A stretch of 64,000 nt of DNA from Nitrosopumilus sp. (GTDB taxonomy: Archaea > Thermoproteota > Nitrososphaeria > Nitrososphaerales > Nitrosopumilaceae): assembly GCA_965238275.1 (NCBI GenBank), contig OZ250186.1, positions 2,112,001-2,176,000 on the forward strand, written 5' to 3'. Below, one piece after another: positions 52,165 to 62,682 of this stretch. The notes under the pieces are model-generated. The model had not been told where the DNA came from. It searched no databases and saw nothing but the letters and a program-made list of their open reading frames with translations. Within the stretch, counting starts at the first letter, position 1; every line of letters begins with the position of its first letter. Made by a program: the position numbers and the translations under genes.

Positions 52165-52476
52165 CAGGATTGTCGCCGGCGTCCCGAACCTGCTGACTGC
52201 CTGACGGAGTACTGTTACCGCGTTCTCCGAAGTGGCCTCCCTGAACAGCGCAGCGCCTGTGATGCACCTGGAGGCGTCGTCAAGGTACGTAATCAGGTTC
52301 AGATTCCTCATGCGCTGATCAGGATTGTCGCCGGCGTCCCGAACCTGCTGACTGCCTGACGGAGTACTGTTACCGCGTTCTCCGAAGTGGCCTCCCTGAA
52401 CAGCGCAGCGCCTGTGATGCACCTGGAGGCGTCGTCAAGGTACGTAATCAGGTTCAGATTCCTCATGCGCTGATCA
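52165..52476. repeat. 155-bp tandem duplication inside the IS481 integrase core
   Basis: Identical blocks starting at 52165 and 52320. Confidence 0.92.
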
Positions 52477-53016
52477 TTCATGACGTGCCAGTCCGTGTGC
52501 CACATAGCATTGGAGTAGATGCGTTCGTACCTGATCCACTTGCGTTTTTTGGATTTTGCAGGAGGGTCGACCACGAGGCCGTTGGATTTCATAATTTGGT
52601 ATACCCTAGAGCGGCTCATATTGTGTCCATCACCCTTGAGTCTCCTGGCAGTCCTGGGCCGGACCCCGCTAGAATGAGACCGATCAAATCCGAATGCCTT
52701 TTGGAGCAGGGGGTCGAGGGAAGGACATGAGCAAGAGACGTAGTCCCCAGGACAAGGCCAGGATAGTGATGGAGTTTTTTACCACCAATGTGCCAGCTGC
52801 CGAATTGTGCCGAAAGCACAACGTGTCGCCTGCAACCTTCCAAGACTGGAAGGACAAGTTCCTGCAGGGAGACAAGCAGGCTCTCATAAACAGGGGGGAT
52901 GCAGCCAAAAACCATTTGGCAGAGGTGGAAAACCTCAAGCGCATAATAGAAGATATGCGTAATCCGGAACTTTTTCAAACTCCGCGCTGACATGTTAGCC
53001 CTGCTGTCAAAAATTT

Positions 53017-53700
53017 ATGATCCATCCAATTAAAACCAGAATATGCCGGTTCATACTGTTGTCGAATCAGGAAACAAGTGACCTGCAAAAAGAGAACAAG
53101 GCTCTCAGAGACATGATCAAGCGCCAGGACGCTGACATCAAGCGCTTGGAGGCAGCCGCCAAGCACGAGCAAAGCCTGTGGGGTACGCGAGACGGCTCCG
53201 AGTCTGGAGCCGCAGGAGAGCCCGCCCTGCTGCATCGCGTGGAGGTCTTTGATGAGATCATCAGAGTCGAGAAAAATCTTCATGACGCGACGCTGAAGTG
53301 CAGGGAACAGTTCCAATACATGCTTGACAGGGTCGAGGCATGGATAAGGCAAAGCGGCAAATCCCCGCTCTTCAGGAACGACGAGACGAGGGCGTCGGAT
53401 CCCGGGAACCGCTGCAAGCTGTACCCCAGGCACGCGCTGCTCATGGCGCTGATGTACAAAAAGGGCAACCCCACGCAGGGCGCACTTGCGGCATTCTTTG
53501 GAATAGACCAGGCAACCGTGTCCCGGTATATCGATGTACTAGACGGGGTGCTTGAGGCGGTGCTGCCCACCGCTGCCAACATCTCAAAGGAGATAGCAGG
53601 CACGGAGACAAAAGAGGATCTCAAAAAAATAATTTCCGGGCCGGACGGGGGCATCATGATGATCGACGGCACGCACTGCCCCATAAGAAAATATGCGTAA
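53017..53700 (+). pseudogene. Truncated IS5-family transposase (copy of 56063-57313)
   Basis: Near-identical until IDGTHCP, then interrupted. Confidence 0.88.
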
Positions 53701-53754
53701 TCCCCCTGTTCACATCGATAAATTTAGATCAGGCACGATCGCGTCTCACATCAA

Positions 53755-55125
53755 ATGCCAGACTCGCCTGATCAGATCATGCACAGATTGGAACAGGAAA
53801 ACAGAAGCCTAAAAAATATTCTAAAGCAGAAAGACAAAAAGCTGGAACAGAAAGACAAAAAGCTGGAACAGAAAGACAAAAAGCTGGAACAGAAAGACAA
53901 AACCCTAAAAAATATTCTAAAGCAGAAAGACAAAAAGCTGGAACAGAAAGACAGAAGCCTAAAAAATATTCTAAAGCAGAAAGACAAAAAGCTGGAACAG
54001 AAAGACAGGGAGTTGGGCCTTGAACGCGGCCTGTGGAAGAGCAGGAACGATGGCTGGAACCCCGGCAAGGGGCCCGCGTTGCACCTGCTAGAGGTGCTAG
54101 ACGGCATAATACGCGACGGGGACAAGCTCCGCCATGTCACGCTGGCAGACGGGGAACAGTTCCGGTACATGCTGGAGCGGGCCAAGGTGTTTCTGACGCA
54201 TTCGGGCCAGATGCCGCTGTTCCGCGATAACGCATCCCGGGTCTCCGATCCCGGAAACCGGTGCAAACTGTACCTGAGACACGCACTGCTCCTAGCACTT
54301 ATCCGCAAAAAGGACAACCCCGCCCAAGGCGTGCTTGCCGCATTCTTCGGGATAGACCAGACCACCGTGTCCCGGTACATTCCGGTGATGGATGCGATGC
54401 TGACAGGAATACTTCCGACGGCAGACAACATATCCGAGGAGGTAGCTGCTGCCCCGACCAAGGAGGATTTCAAGAAGATCGTGCCCGGGTCCGACGGGGG
54501 CGAGATATTCATAGACGGCACGCACTGCCCCGTGCAGCGCCCGTCTGTAAAGTCAGTCCGGCGCATGGGATACTCCGGCAAGAAGAAAAAGTTCACCAAC
54601 AATACCAACGTGTACACCAACCGGGACGGGGTGGTGATCGGCATATCAAAAAGCACCGTCGGGTCAGTCGGCGACATCACGTTGCTCAAGGAACGCCCCA
54701 TGCCGTTTGGAAAGTGGGAGGAGGCGATGCACGATCCGGACCTGCCAGAATCAGACAGGTGCCACCCCTTCGTCGACCGCGGCTACCAGGGAATCGCAGA
54801 TCACCTGCCCGGCACCACGCCGGAGATCCCGTACAAGAAGACCAGGGACACGCCGCTGACGCCGGAGCAAAAAAAGCACAACCACAGGATCAACTCCACC
54901 AGGGTGTTGGTGGAGCACACGATAGGCAGGCTCAAGCGCTACGCGCGTCTTGCCGACCCGTACGACGGCAACGCGGCCCAGTTCAACAGGGAGTTCAACG
55001 TGATCACCGGGCTGGTAAACCTGAACCTTTTGTGGGACTGCATGGAAAAGGGTCCGCCACCACCGGGGCAGTGGAAGACGTCAGTAGACTGGGACAGGGC
55101 CTGCTCCGAAGCTCCGGTCAAGTAG
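53755..55125 (+). CDS. IS5-family transposase with N-terminal heptad repeats
   Basis: IDGTHCP, YSGKKKK, DRGYQG, RVLVEHTIGRLK. Confidence 0.9.
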   Translation: MPDSPDQIMHRLEQENRSLKNILKQKDKKLEQKDKKLEQKDKKLEQKDKTLKNILKQKDKKLEQKDRSLKNILKQKDKKLEQKDRELGLERGLWKSRNDGWNPGKGPALHLLEVLDGIIRDGDKLRHVTLADGEQFRYMLERAKVFLTHSGQMPLFRDNASRVSDPGNRCKLYLRHALLLALIRKKDNPAQGVLAAFFGIDQTTVSRYIPVMDAMLTGILPTADNISEEVAAAPTKEDFKKIVPGSDGGEIFIDGTHCPVQRPSVKSVRRMGYSGKKKKFTNNTNVYTNRDGVVIGISKSTVGSVGDITLLKERPMPFGKWEEAMHDPDLPESDRCHPFVDRGYQGIADHLPGTTPEIPYKKTRDTPLTPEQKKHNHRINSTRVLVEHTIGRLKRYARLADPYDGNAAQFNREFNVITGLVNLNLLWDCMEKGPPPPGQWKTSVDWDRACSEAPVK

Positions 55126-55898
55126 AATTCAGGGCACGATGAAGTGCTGCAAGGCTGCGCACGTCATTTTGGATTTTGGGGTGAACAGACTTGCCACATA
55201 CACGACACGAGCAGTTTTAGGCCGTATTTTTCCGGTTTTTTATGGCCGGGTTGGCAAAATGGGTGGATTACGCATATCTTCTAATAGGCGAGATCACCGT
55301 AGCCAACGACATTTTAAAAAAAACTTTGGAGGGAACAAAGTGATGAGGATGCAGGCCGTAAGTGACGTAAGCAAGTGCATGAGCCTGAACAGGGCCCTGC
55401 AATACTGCGGCATGTCCAAACACTCCTGGTACTACACCAAGAAGCCAAGAGACATGGCCATCATCTGGCCGCATGAGTTTGCGCGCTTTCAAGATGCAGA
55501 GGTCGTACTTGCAAAGGCCTTTGAGGACTACAACAAGGACAGGATCCACTCGGCTCTGGGGTATCTCACACCCGACGAGTTTATCGGCAAGATGGAGGTT
55601 GAGAATAGATGAGAGACATGATTATTCGGAAAAAGATGCAAAAAGTGGTACCAAAAACAAGGGTCCAGATCAGTCCGTACTGCACCCTCCGGCCTGCGGC
55701 GGTGGGCGTCCAGTAACGCTTGGATCTCCAGATCAGACGGCACGGGATTTCTCGGTCTCCCTGCAAGGATCTGTTGGTGTGCTGTTCCCGTCTTGAGGTA
55801 CTCTGCCCACAACCACTGGATGTGCCGCTGCGTCACGTGCATCTCCTTTGCCACGGTATCGGTGTCCTTGCCATTTTTCATCTGGTTGATGATGTATT

Positions 55899-57382
55899 AG
55901 AAGCCATGCGTAATCCCTCCATTTCGTTGGGTTAAACCAGAAAAACCCAGAAAATATTAAAAATTCTGATTTAATTCCCGTCATGTCAAGCGTGTGGAAA
56001 CCCGTCCTGCCAGAAATACAAAATAACGTGCGCAACCTTGCAGCACCACGATGTGCACGGAATTAATTGTTTGAAACGGCGCTGCCGGGGACGTTTGCCT
56101 CTTCCCAGTTTATTACCGGCCCCAGCGTGCTACCTGAAGGAGGTCCTTTCTTCATCTGGTTCCACAGGAGGTCCAGGTTTACGAGTCCGGTTATTATGTT
56201 AAATTCCCTGTTAAAGTCGCCAATCTTTCCTTTGTATGGCGCGGTAAGCCGGCCGTACCGCTTCAGCCTGCCGATGGAGTGCTCCACCTTTACCCTGGCC
56301 GAGTTGACGGCGTGGTTGTGCTCCTTTTCCTCCTTTGTAAAGCGCTTGTGGTTCTTGGTCTTCTTGTGCGGCTGCAGGGTGTTTGTGCCGGGCAGATCCT
56401 TTGCGATTCCCTTGTAGCCGCGGTCAGTAAGGGTGTGGATCCTGTCTTCTTCGGGGGTGTCCTCGTCGCACATCCTGTCCCACCATCTTCCAAATGGCAG
56501 CGGGCTCTCCCTGAGCAGCGTGATGTCGTGGACGGATCCCACGGTGCTGCCGGATATGGCGACTATCACCCCGTTTTCATTTATGCACACGGTGGTGTTG
56601 AGCGTGAATTTCTTCTTCTTGCCAGAATACATCATGCTCCTCATCTGTTTTTCGTCTGGCCGCTGCAGCGGACAGTGCGTGCCGTCGATCATCATGATGC
56701 CCCCGTCAGGCCCGGAAATTATTTTTTTGAGATCCTCTTTTGTCTCCGTGCCTGCTATCTCCTTTGAGATGTTGGTAGCGGTGGGCAGCACCGCCTCAAG
56801 CACCTCGTCTAGCACATCGATATACCGGGACACGGTCGCCTGGTCTATTCCAAAGAATGCCGCAAGCACGCCCTGCGTGGGGTTGCCCTTTTTGTACATC
56901 AGCGCCATGAGCAGCGCGTGCCTTGGGTACAGCTTGCAGCGGTTCCCGGGATCCGACGCCCTCGTCTCGTCACTCCTGAAGAGCGGGGATTTGCCGCTTT
57001 GCCTTATCCACGCCTCGGCCCTGTCAAGCATGTATTGGAACTGTTCCCTGCACTTCAGCGTCGCGTCATGAAGATTTTTCCCGACTCTGATGATCTCATC
57101 AAGGACCTCCACGCGATGCAGCAGGGCGGGCTCTCCTGCGGCTCCGGACTCGGAGCCGTCCCGTGTGCGCCACAGGCTTTGCTCGTGCCTGGCAGCTGCG
57201 TCCTGGCGCTTGATCATGTCTCTGAGAGCCTTGTTCTCTTTTTGCAGGTCACTTGTTTTCTGATTCGACAACAGTATGAACCGGCATATTTTGGTTTTAA
57301 TTGAATGGATCATAAATTTTTGACAGCAGGGCTAACATGTCAACGCGGAGTTTGAAAAAGTTCTGGATTACGCATATTTTCT
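55899..57382 (-). mobile_element. IS5-family element A (1484 bp)
   Basis: TIRs AGAAGCCATGCGTAATCC / AGAAAATATGCGTAATCC; TSD ATT. Confidence 0.9.
56063..57313 (-). CDS. IS5-family transposase, intact ORF
   Basis: IDGTHCP, GSVHD, DRGYKG, RVKVEHSIGRLK. Confidence 0.9.
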   Translation of the reverse strand: MIHSIKTKICRFILLSNQKTSDLQKENKALRDMIKRQDAAARHEQSLWRTRDGSESGAAGEPALLHRVEVLDEIIRVGKNLHDATLKCREQFQYMLDRAEAWIRQSGKSPLFRSDETRASDPGNRCKLYPRHALLMALMYKKGNPTQGVLAAFFGIDQATVSRYIDVLDEVLEAVLPTATNISKEIAGTETKEDLKKIISGPDGGIMMIDGTHCPLQRPDEKQMRSMMYSGKKKKFTLNTTVCINENGVIVAISGSTVGSVHDITLLRESPLPFGRWWDRMCDEDTPEEDRIHTLTDRGYKGIAKDLPGTNTLQPHKKTKNHKRFTKEEKEHNHAVNSARVKVEHSIGRLKRYGRLTAPYKGKIGDFNREFNIITGLVNLDLLWNQMKKGPPSGSTLGPVINWEEANVPGSAVSNN

Positions 57383-57609
57383 ATTGTATGGACTTGGCCG
57401 TTAGTTTCGGCCTCATTGCCTCACTGGATTTGTGTAGCTTAAAGTAGTCTCGGAATGTGCGCTTGACTACACCCAAGCGACATGATTTTTGGACAATAGA
57501 AAATGTAATTTGCGGATCATCAGGCCCAACCAGTTGGATGTGGGGTATGCAAATGCCTTGCGTGCGGTGCTAGCCTGCCGCGTACGTTATTTGACAGGCG
57601 AACCACGTA

Positions 57610-59058
57610 TTATCCTACGACTATGATTCCCTCTTTTATGAGGAACTGTATGGCAGATACAAACGAGGCATCATCTATGTCTCCATTTACCCAGTGTCCT
57701 GCGGTACCCTTTATCCAGTCTGGGATTGGCTTTTCCCCCGGATCCTTCTCAGACAAAGTCGGCGGAATCTGTAGTATCCCTTCGTTTACCAGAAACTGCA
57801 TGGCAGATACAAACGAGGCATCATCTATGTCTCCATTTACCCAGTGTCCTGCGGTACCCTTTATCCAGTCTGGGATTTTTTGGACAGAAACGGTGCTTTC
57901 CTTGGCAAATATTTGGACGGGGATTTCCACATAATCCGCAGTGGCGGATGGGACGATGTGCTCAGGCGACAATCCGTAAACCCAGACGACATAATTTGCG
58001 ATCCCGGGTTCCTCTTTAACGATAAAATCAATCATGGCCTGTCCGGATGGGGAGTAAAGAAAGTCTCTGCCCTCCTCCTGTGCCAGTGATCTCAGCGGTT
58101 TCAGGTCGTCATCCACTACAAGAAAGTCGTACTGAACCTGGTTTAGAAACTCGGTATCGTCAAACTTGCTGATGAATTTTATGAGCCACTGCATCTCACA
58201 GCCTTCCACGGGGTCTTCAGGTCCGTAGAAAGCGTGGATTTGGTAGTCGGAGTTGCTCGTAGGCTTTTTGACACTTACCGCTTTTTCTATACTAGTGTCA
58301 CAGCCGGATGTGGCAAGCAGATCTGCCGTGGACTCAATCCCGGCAAAGGGAGTCTCCAGGACGTTTTCCCTGTATTCCCGTAACTCGAATATGTATTCCG
58401 GGGGAGGAATGCCTTCAGATACGTGTGTATACGTTTGCGCCTTTATCGGAAAGGGAAAATCGTCAACTATCCAAACCTTACTTACGGCACCGCCCGTCTT
58501 CCAGCCAACTTGGACCGTTTCCCATGTGCCAGCTCGAACTGTGACCGTCTCAATTGCCACGGGGACTACTTGCTGGCCGCCAATGTTACCAATTTTTCCC
58601 CAAGACACCGCTGAGAATTCTTTTGGTCCCTTGCCGCCGGAGCTTCCGTCGGCTGTCGCAAATGCGGACAGCCAGACAATCGAGGATTTGAAGGCCCCCC
58701 TGTAAGTACTCAGGTTCTCAGTGCCGCCTGTCGGCTCGGGAGCGATTTTTCCCAGCTCCATTTCGCCCCTGATGACCTTGTTGCCGTCATAGACGACGAC
58801 CTCTGATAGCCACTTGATTTCGCTTCCTACCTGCTTGTCCCCCTTTATCCAGATGTCCATTTCAAATTTGACGCATTCTTTGTAATCCACATGGCACATT
58901 GAATAGGAGAAGTAGTCGCCCTGTTTGAGACCCTCGCCTGCAAACCAAGTGCCCTCTTTGTCAACGCCGCCTGCCTCAATTTGTGCAAAGGTGGTAGCCG
59001 GTATGAATAACGCCAAAAGAAGCATGGGAATAATCGAAAACAGCAAAGTTTGTTTCAA
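57610..59058 (-). CDS. Secreted surface protein with two IPDWIK C-terminal domains
   Basis: Signal peptide; duplicated IPDWIKGTAGHWVNGDIDDASFVSA.QFL. Confidence 0.85.
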   Translation of the reverse strand: MKQTLLFSIIPMLLLALFIPATTFAQIEAGGVDKEGTWFAGEGLKQGDYFSYSMCHVDYKECVKFEMDIWIKGDKQVGSEIKWLSEVVVYDGNKVIRGEMELGKIAPEPTGGTENLSTYRGAFKSSIVWLSAFATADGSSGGKGPKEFSAVSWGKIGNIGGQQVVPVAIETVTVRAGTWETVQVGWKTGGAVSKVWIVDDFPFPIKAQTYTHVSEGIPPPEYIFELREYRENVLETPFAGIESTADLLATSGCDTSIEKAVSVKKPTSNSDYQIHAFYGPEDPVEGCEMQWLIKFISKFDDTEFLNQVQYDFLVVDDDLKPLRSLAQEEGRDFLYSPSGQAMIDFIVKEEPGIANYVVWVYGLSPEHIVPSATADYVEIPVQIFAKESTVSVQKIPDWIKGTAGHWVNGDIDDASFVSAMQFLVNEGILQIPPTLSEKDPGEKPIPDWIKGTAGHWVNGDIDDASFVSAIQFLIKEGIIVVG

Positions 59059-59328
59059 ACCTGATAAAAATTGTCAAATCGGATAGTTAAACATTTTGCA
59101 ACTGTTTGGCGTTGTCCACGTCTTCGTCAAAAACCATCAATTAGCTTAAAGATCATTGGCATCAGGCATCAGAAAGGTTTTGGATCACCGATCCCGCCCA
59201 CAATTAATGAATCCCAATAGAAAAAAGAGGAAGGCAAAGAACATTCCGCGAGACCAAGAAAATAAGAAGAAATGGACATGTCCGGGTGCCAGAATCAGAA
59301 TAACGCCAGACTGCATCTTGGAGACGCA

Positions 59329-59634
59329 CTAGTCATCCGGACAGGTAAGAGCCCTGAGATCCGTATACCTCTTCTCCATGGCGTTGGCATGGGCCTGAAC
59401 CTGTGGCAGTCCGTAGCATTCCTTGGAAAAGTACCACCGGATCGGAACCCAGTGTCCTATACCATCCATGTCATGTATCATGCCCTTGTCGGCATTGACG
59501 TTTAGTTTTTCGTCAACAGACGTGTCCCGGATGGAGAGTCCCCTCTTGGTTTTATCCTCCATGACAAGATCCGCATCGCTTTCCTTGATTAGATAAAAGG
59601 AACCCTCTTTGAGAACAGGAAGGTCCAGTAGCAA
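59329..59634 (-). CDS. Hypothetical protein
   Basis: ORF coupled to the sulfurtransferase. Confidence 0.7.
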   Translation of the reverse strand: MLLDLPVLKEGSFYLIKESDADLVMEDKTKRGLSIRDTSVDEKLNVNADKGMIHDMDGIGHWVPIRWYFSKECYGLPQVQAHANAMEKRYTDLRALTCPDD

Positions 59635-59635
59635 T

Positions 59636-60481
59636 TTACCGTTCCACGGGATTTCCTATCATGTTGCCCCATTCAGTCCACGAGCCATCGTAGTTTCTAA
59701 CCCTGGGGTATCCCAGCAGGTACTTGAGCACAAACCAGCTGTGAGAGGATCTCTCGCCAATTCTGCAGTAGCAGATTACATCCTTGTCTGCAGTGACACC
59801 CAGAGGTTCGTAATTCTGCCTCAGTTCCTCGACAGACTTGAATGTCCCGTCAGCATCGTTGACTGCCGTGGCCCACGGAATGTTGTTTGCGTCAGGAATG
59901 TGTCCGCCCCTCTGTGCATGCTCCGTCGGGTATTCCGGGGGTGCGGTGATCTTGCCTGAAAATTCCGCAGGAGAACGTACATCGACCATCACCGTATCTT
60001 CCCGGTCCAGTGCGCGCCGAACATCAAACAGGTACGCCCTCAGTCCCTCATCGGGTGGTTGGGCGCTATACCCGACAGGCTCCAGATTGGGCTCGCCAGT
60101 CGTGTATTTGCGATCCTCCAGCTCCCACTTTTTCCGTCCGCCGTTCATAATCCGGACGTCATCATGACCGTAATACTTGAACACCCAGAAGACGAATGCG
60201 GCAAACCAGTTGTTAAAGTCGCCGTACAAAACAACGGCAGTGTCAGAACCGATTCCATTCCTTGACATTAATTCTTCAAACTGTTTTTTGTTGATAATGT
60301 CCCGTGTTACCGGATCGTTAATGTCGCGCTTCCACCAGATCAGGCTTGCGCCATCGATGTGGCCCTTTTGGTACGCGTTTACAGGATCATAATCGACTTC
60401 CACCAGTCGCCGGTTTTTGCCGGGGGGGTTCTGTGAGACCCACTGGGTATCCACCAGCACGTCAGGATCCGCATAACTCAT
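59636..60481 (-). CDS. Two-domain rhodanese / thiosulfate sulfurtransferase
   Basis: GHIDGA, GGHIPDA, YCRIGERS, NYDGSWTEWG. Confidence 0.95.
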   Translation of the reverse strand: MSYADPDVLVDTQWVSQNPPGKNRRLVEVDYDPVNAYQKGHIDGASLIWWKRDINDPVTRDIINKKQFEELMSRNGIGSDTAVVLYGDFNNWFAAFVFWVFKYYGHDDVRIMNGGRKKWELEDRKYTTGEPNLEPVGYSAQPPDEGLRAYLFDVRRALDREDTVMVDVRSPAEFSGKITAPPEYPTEHAQRGGHIPDANNIPWATAVNDADGTFKSVEELRQNYEPLGVTADKDVICYCRIGERSSHSWFVLKYLLGYPRVRNYDGSWTEWGNMIGNPVER

Positions 60482-60662
60482 GATGCCGGTATGGCTTGTT
60501 CATAATTAACTGTTTACTGAAAGGCGGAAACCAATTCCATAAGCCGCATACAGCAGGCATGGGGGCGATGCAGGGCACGGCTTTTGACAGGACGGGTCGT
60601 CGGATTGTGCGGGACTGCCGACAAAAGATGACTTTTATGTAAATGCAAACAAGGTAGGGTGG

Positions 60663-61478
60663 TTGAATCTTCAAAGGGTCGCAGTAGTCAGCAAGGTTGG
60701 ATCAAAAGAGTCAGAGCAGGCTGCAAGGGATGTTGCAGGGAAGCTTCTGGCAAAGGGGATCATAGTGTATACGATATCGCCAATCAGCGTGGAGTCGGCA
60801 AAGGAGATGGAGTCCCTTGAGGAACTAAAGAAGATCAGGCTGGACCTTGTCATAACCCTTGGAGGGGACGGCACCACCCTGAGGGTCTTTAGAAACCTGG
60901 ACAACGAGGCCCCCATTCTGACAATAAACGTGGGGGGGAACAGGGGAATACTCTCGGAGATAACCATTGGGGAGATCGACGACGCGATAGAACAGATTCT
61001 TGCAGGCAAGTTTTTTCTGGACAGGAGGATCAGGGTGGTCGCATCCTGCGGAGGCGAGGAGTTTCCGCCCGCCCTCAACGAGATCTACATCAGCAGGACA
61101 AACCTGACAAGAACCTCAGAGATTGAGATAAAGTTTCAAAACGACACCGTGCAGCAAAAGATGGACGGGGTGATCGTTGCGACGCCTAGCGGCTCCACCG
61201 GGCATTCGTTTTCGCTGGGCGGTCCGATCCTGCACGAGAGCCTGGATGTCCTCATCATAACCCCGGTCGCCCCGGTATACAGGCTGGAGTCAATCGTAGT
61301 CCCCGACGAGAAGATTGAGATCGTATCGTCGCACGACAGCAGCATTGTGATGGATGCGCAGGTGGTAAAGGCGGCAGGGTACGGAGAGCCCATCATCATC
61401 AAAAAGTACAGAAAGCACGCAGTCTTTGTAAGACTCAAAAAGCGCGGACTCAGGCAGATGGGCAAGCTTGGGTACTAG
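60663..61478 (+). CDS. nadK: NAD(+) kinase
   Basis: LGGDGT, ALNE, DGVIVATPSGSTGHSFSLGGP. Confidence 0.93.
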   Translation: MNLQRVAVVSKVGSKESEQAARDVAGKLLAKGIIVYTISPISVESAKEMESLEELKKIRLDLVITLGGDGTTLRVFRNLDNEAPILTINVGGNRGILSEITIGEIDDAIEQILAGKFFLDRRIRVVASCGGEEFPPALNEIYISRTNLTRTSEIEIKFQNDTVQQKMDGVIVATPSGSTGHSFSLGGPILHESLDVLIITPVAPVYRLESIVVPDEKIEIVSSHDSSIVMDAQVVKAAGYGEPIIIKKYRKHAVFVRLKKRGLRQMGKLGY

Positions 61479-61965
61479 AATTCTGGATGCAAGTGCATTT
61501 TATGCAGGGGTTCCGTTTGGATCCCCCGTACGCTCCCACACGTCCCGGCTGGTCTACGAGGAGATCAAGCACATAAAGAAGAGCCACGACGCGCTGGGCA
61601 TCCTGCTGGACACCGGAAGGCTGCAGGTCAGGGAGCCGGACGGTGCGTCAGTCGATGCAGCGCTCAGGGCTGCAAGAAGAACCGGGGACATCCTGCAGCT
61701 TTCAAGGCAGGACATATCAATTATTGCCATGGGCATTGAGATGAAAGGCGAGATTGTTACTGACGATTTTGCAGTCTCAAACGTGGCAAGGAGTCTGGGC
61801 CTGAAGGTCTCGCCCGTGATGACCCGCGGGATAACTGATGTAGGCAGGTGGGTTCATTACTGTCCGGGATGCAGGACAAACCACACAGGCACGTCAGAGT
61901 GTCCTGCATGCGGAACGCGTCTCAAAAGGAAGCTTCTCAAGGGTCGTGCAGGGTCTTCTGGCTAG
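61468..61965 (+). CDS. nob1: NOB1-family PIN endonuclease
   Basis: ILDASAF, LSRQD, TDDFAVSNVA, C-terminal Zn ribbon. Confidence 0.88.
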   Translation: MGTRILDASAFYAGVPFGSPVRSHTSRLVYEEIKHIKKSHDALGILLDTGRLQVREPDGASVDAALRAARRTGDILQLSRQDISIIAMGIEMKGEIVTDDFAVSNVARSLGLKVSPVMTRGITDVGRWVHYCPGCRTNHTGTSECPACGTRLKRKLLKGRAGSSG

Positions 61966-62623
61966 ACTCCTTTGAGAAGCTGCTTTTGGTGCACAGCGTC
62001 CTTTTGATCTTCTTTGATCTGGCCTGGCCGAATCCCTCAATCTTGGCAATCTCCGTGCTGCTTGCAGAGAATGCCTTGAGCGGCGTCTCAAACCTCTCAA
62101 GCATTCTTACTGCAAACTTTTCACCGACCCCCGGAAGGCTGCAGAGGACGGACAGCTGCTGCTTTTCAAGATCGGCGGACTTTTTGATCTTCTTGAGGTA
62201 TGGCCCCTTGGCAGACTCCTTTCTGGAGCACATGGAGACTAGCAGCTTGGCTGTGTGGGCGGCGCTGGGGGTCGGAATTACTGGAATTTTAAAATCAAGC
62301 GCGACAGTGGACAGGGCACCGTAGAATATCATCGGGTTGTCTGTGATCTCATCAATCTCATCTACGTTTCCCTCCATGAGGACGACAGGGTATTCAAAGT
62401 GCTCCTTGAGCCGGGAGCATTGATCAAACAGCCTTCCGTCAAATACGGACGACATCAGATCACGGATGCTCTTTCGCTCCACGACAGTCTCGGATGCGAC
62501 GATGTAGTCCCCTACCAGAAGCGTCTTTGTCTCGACGCTCAGGCCAATCGACTTGAGAAGATCAGGAATTCCGCTCTTCTTCTCCCTCTCATCTGCGACT
62601 ATCCGAAGGCCTGCCAGGTTCAT
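61937..62623 (-). CDS. xpf: XPF/ERCC4 nuclease with HhH2 domain
   Basis: VADERE, VGDY, VERKS, LPGVG..A. Confidence 0.88.
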   Translation of the reverse strand: MNLAGLRIVADEREKKSGIPDLLKSIGLSVETKTLLVGDYIVASETVVERKSIRDLMSSVFDGRLFDQCSRLKEHFEYPVVLMEGNVDEIDEITDNPMIFYGALSTVALDFKIPVIPTPSAAHTAKLLVSMCSRKESAKGPYLKKIKKSADLEKQQLSVLCSLPGVGEKFAVRMLERFETPLKAFSASSTEIAKIEGFGQARSKKIKRTLCTKSSFSKESSQKTLHDP

Positions 62624-62682
62624 TACTGGTACATGCCAGACTGCGGGTATATCAAGCCATGCGCACACCCAGGCTACTACTA

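Larger units (their letters stand above)
52948..55282 (+). mobile_element. Chimeric IS5-family unit (truncated element A plus complete element B from 53686)
   Basis: Outer 18-bp TIR AGAAGATATGCGTAATCC, TSD AAT; internal left end AGAAAATATGCGTAATCC at 53686. Confidence 0.85.
52655..55672 (+). mobile_element. IS3-family element, internally deleted (~680 bp of own sequence)
   Basis: TG..CA ends with GGACCC-containing imperfect TIR; TSD GTCC; orfA split at 52948/55283; orfB 55342-55612 lacks most of the DDE core but keeps RIHSALGYLTP. Confidence 0.82.
51808..57416 (-). pseudogene. IS481 transposase in pieces
   Basis: MRPKLTAKSIQY|IINQMKNG...GAVR|TARR...WHTDWH, LDDASR, SDNGSCF, HPQTNGKLERF. Confidence 0.85.
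51769..57500 (-). mobile_element. IS481-family element carrying nested insertions
   Basis: TIR TGTAGTATCCAAGAATCATGTCGC / TCTATTGTCCAAAAATCATGTCGC; 15-bp TSD AAATGTAATTTGCGG. Confidence 0.88.
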
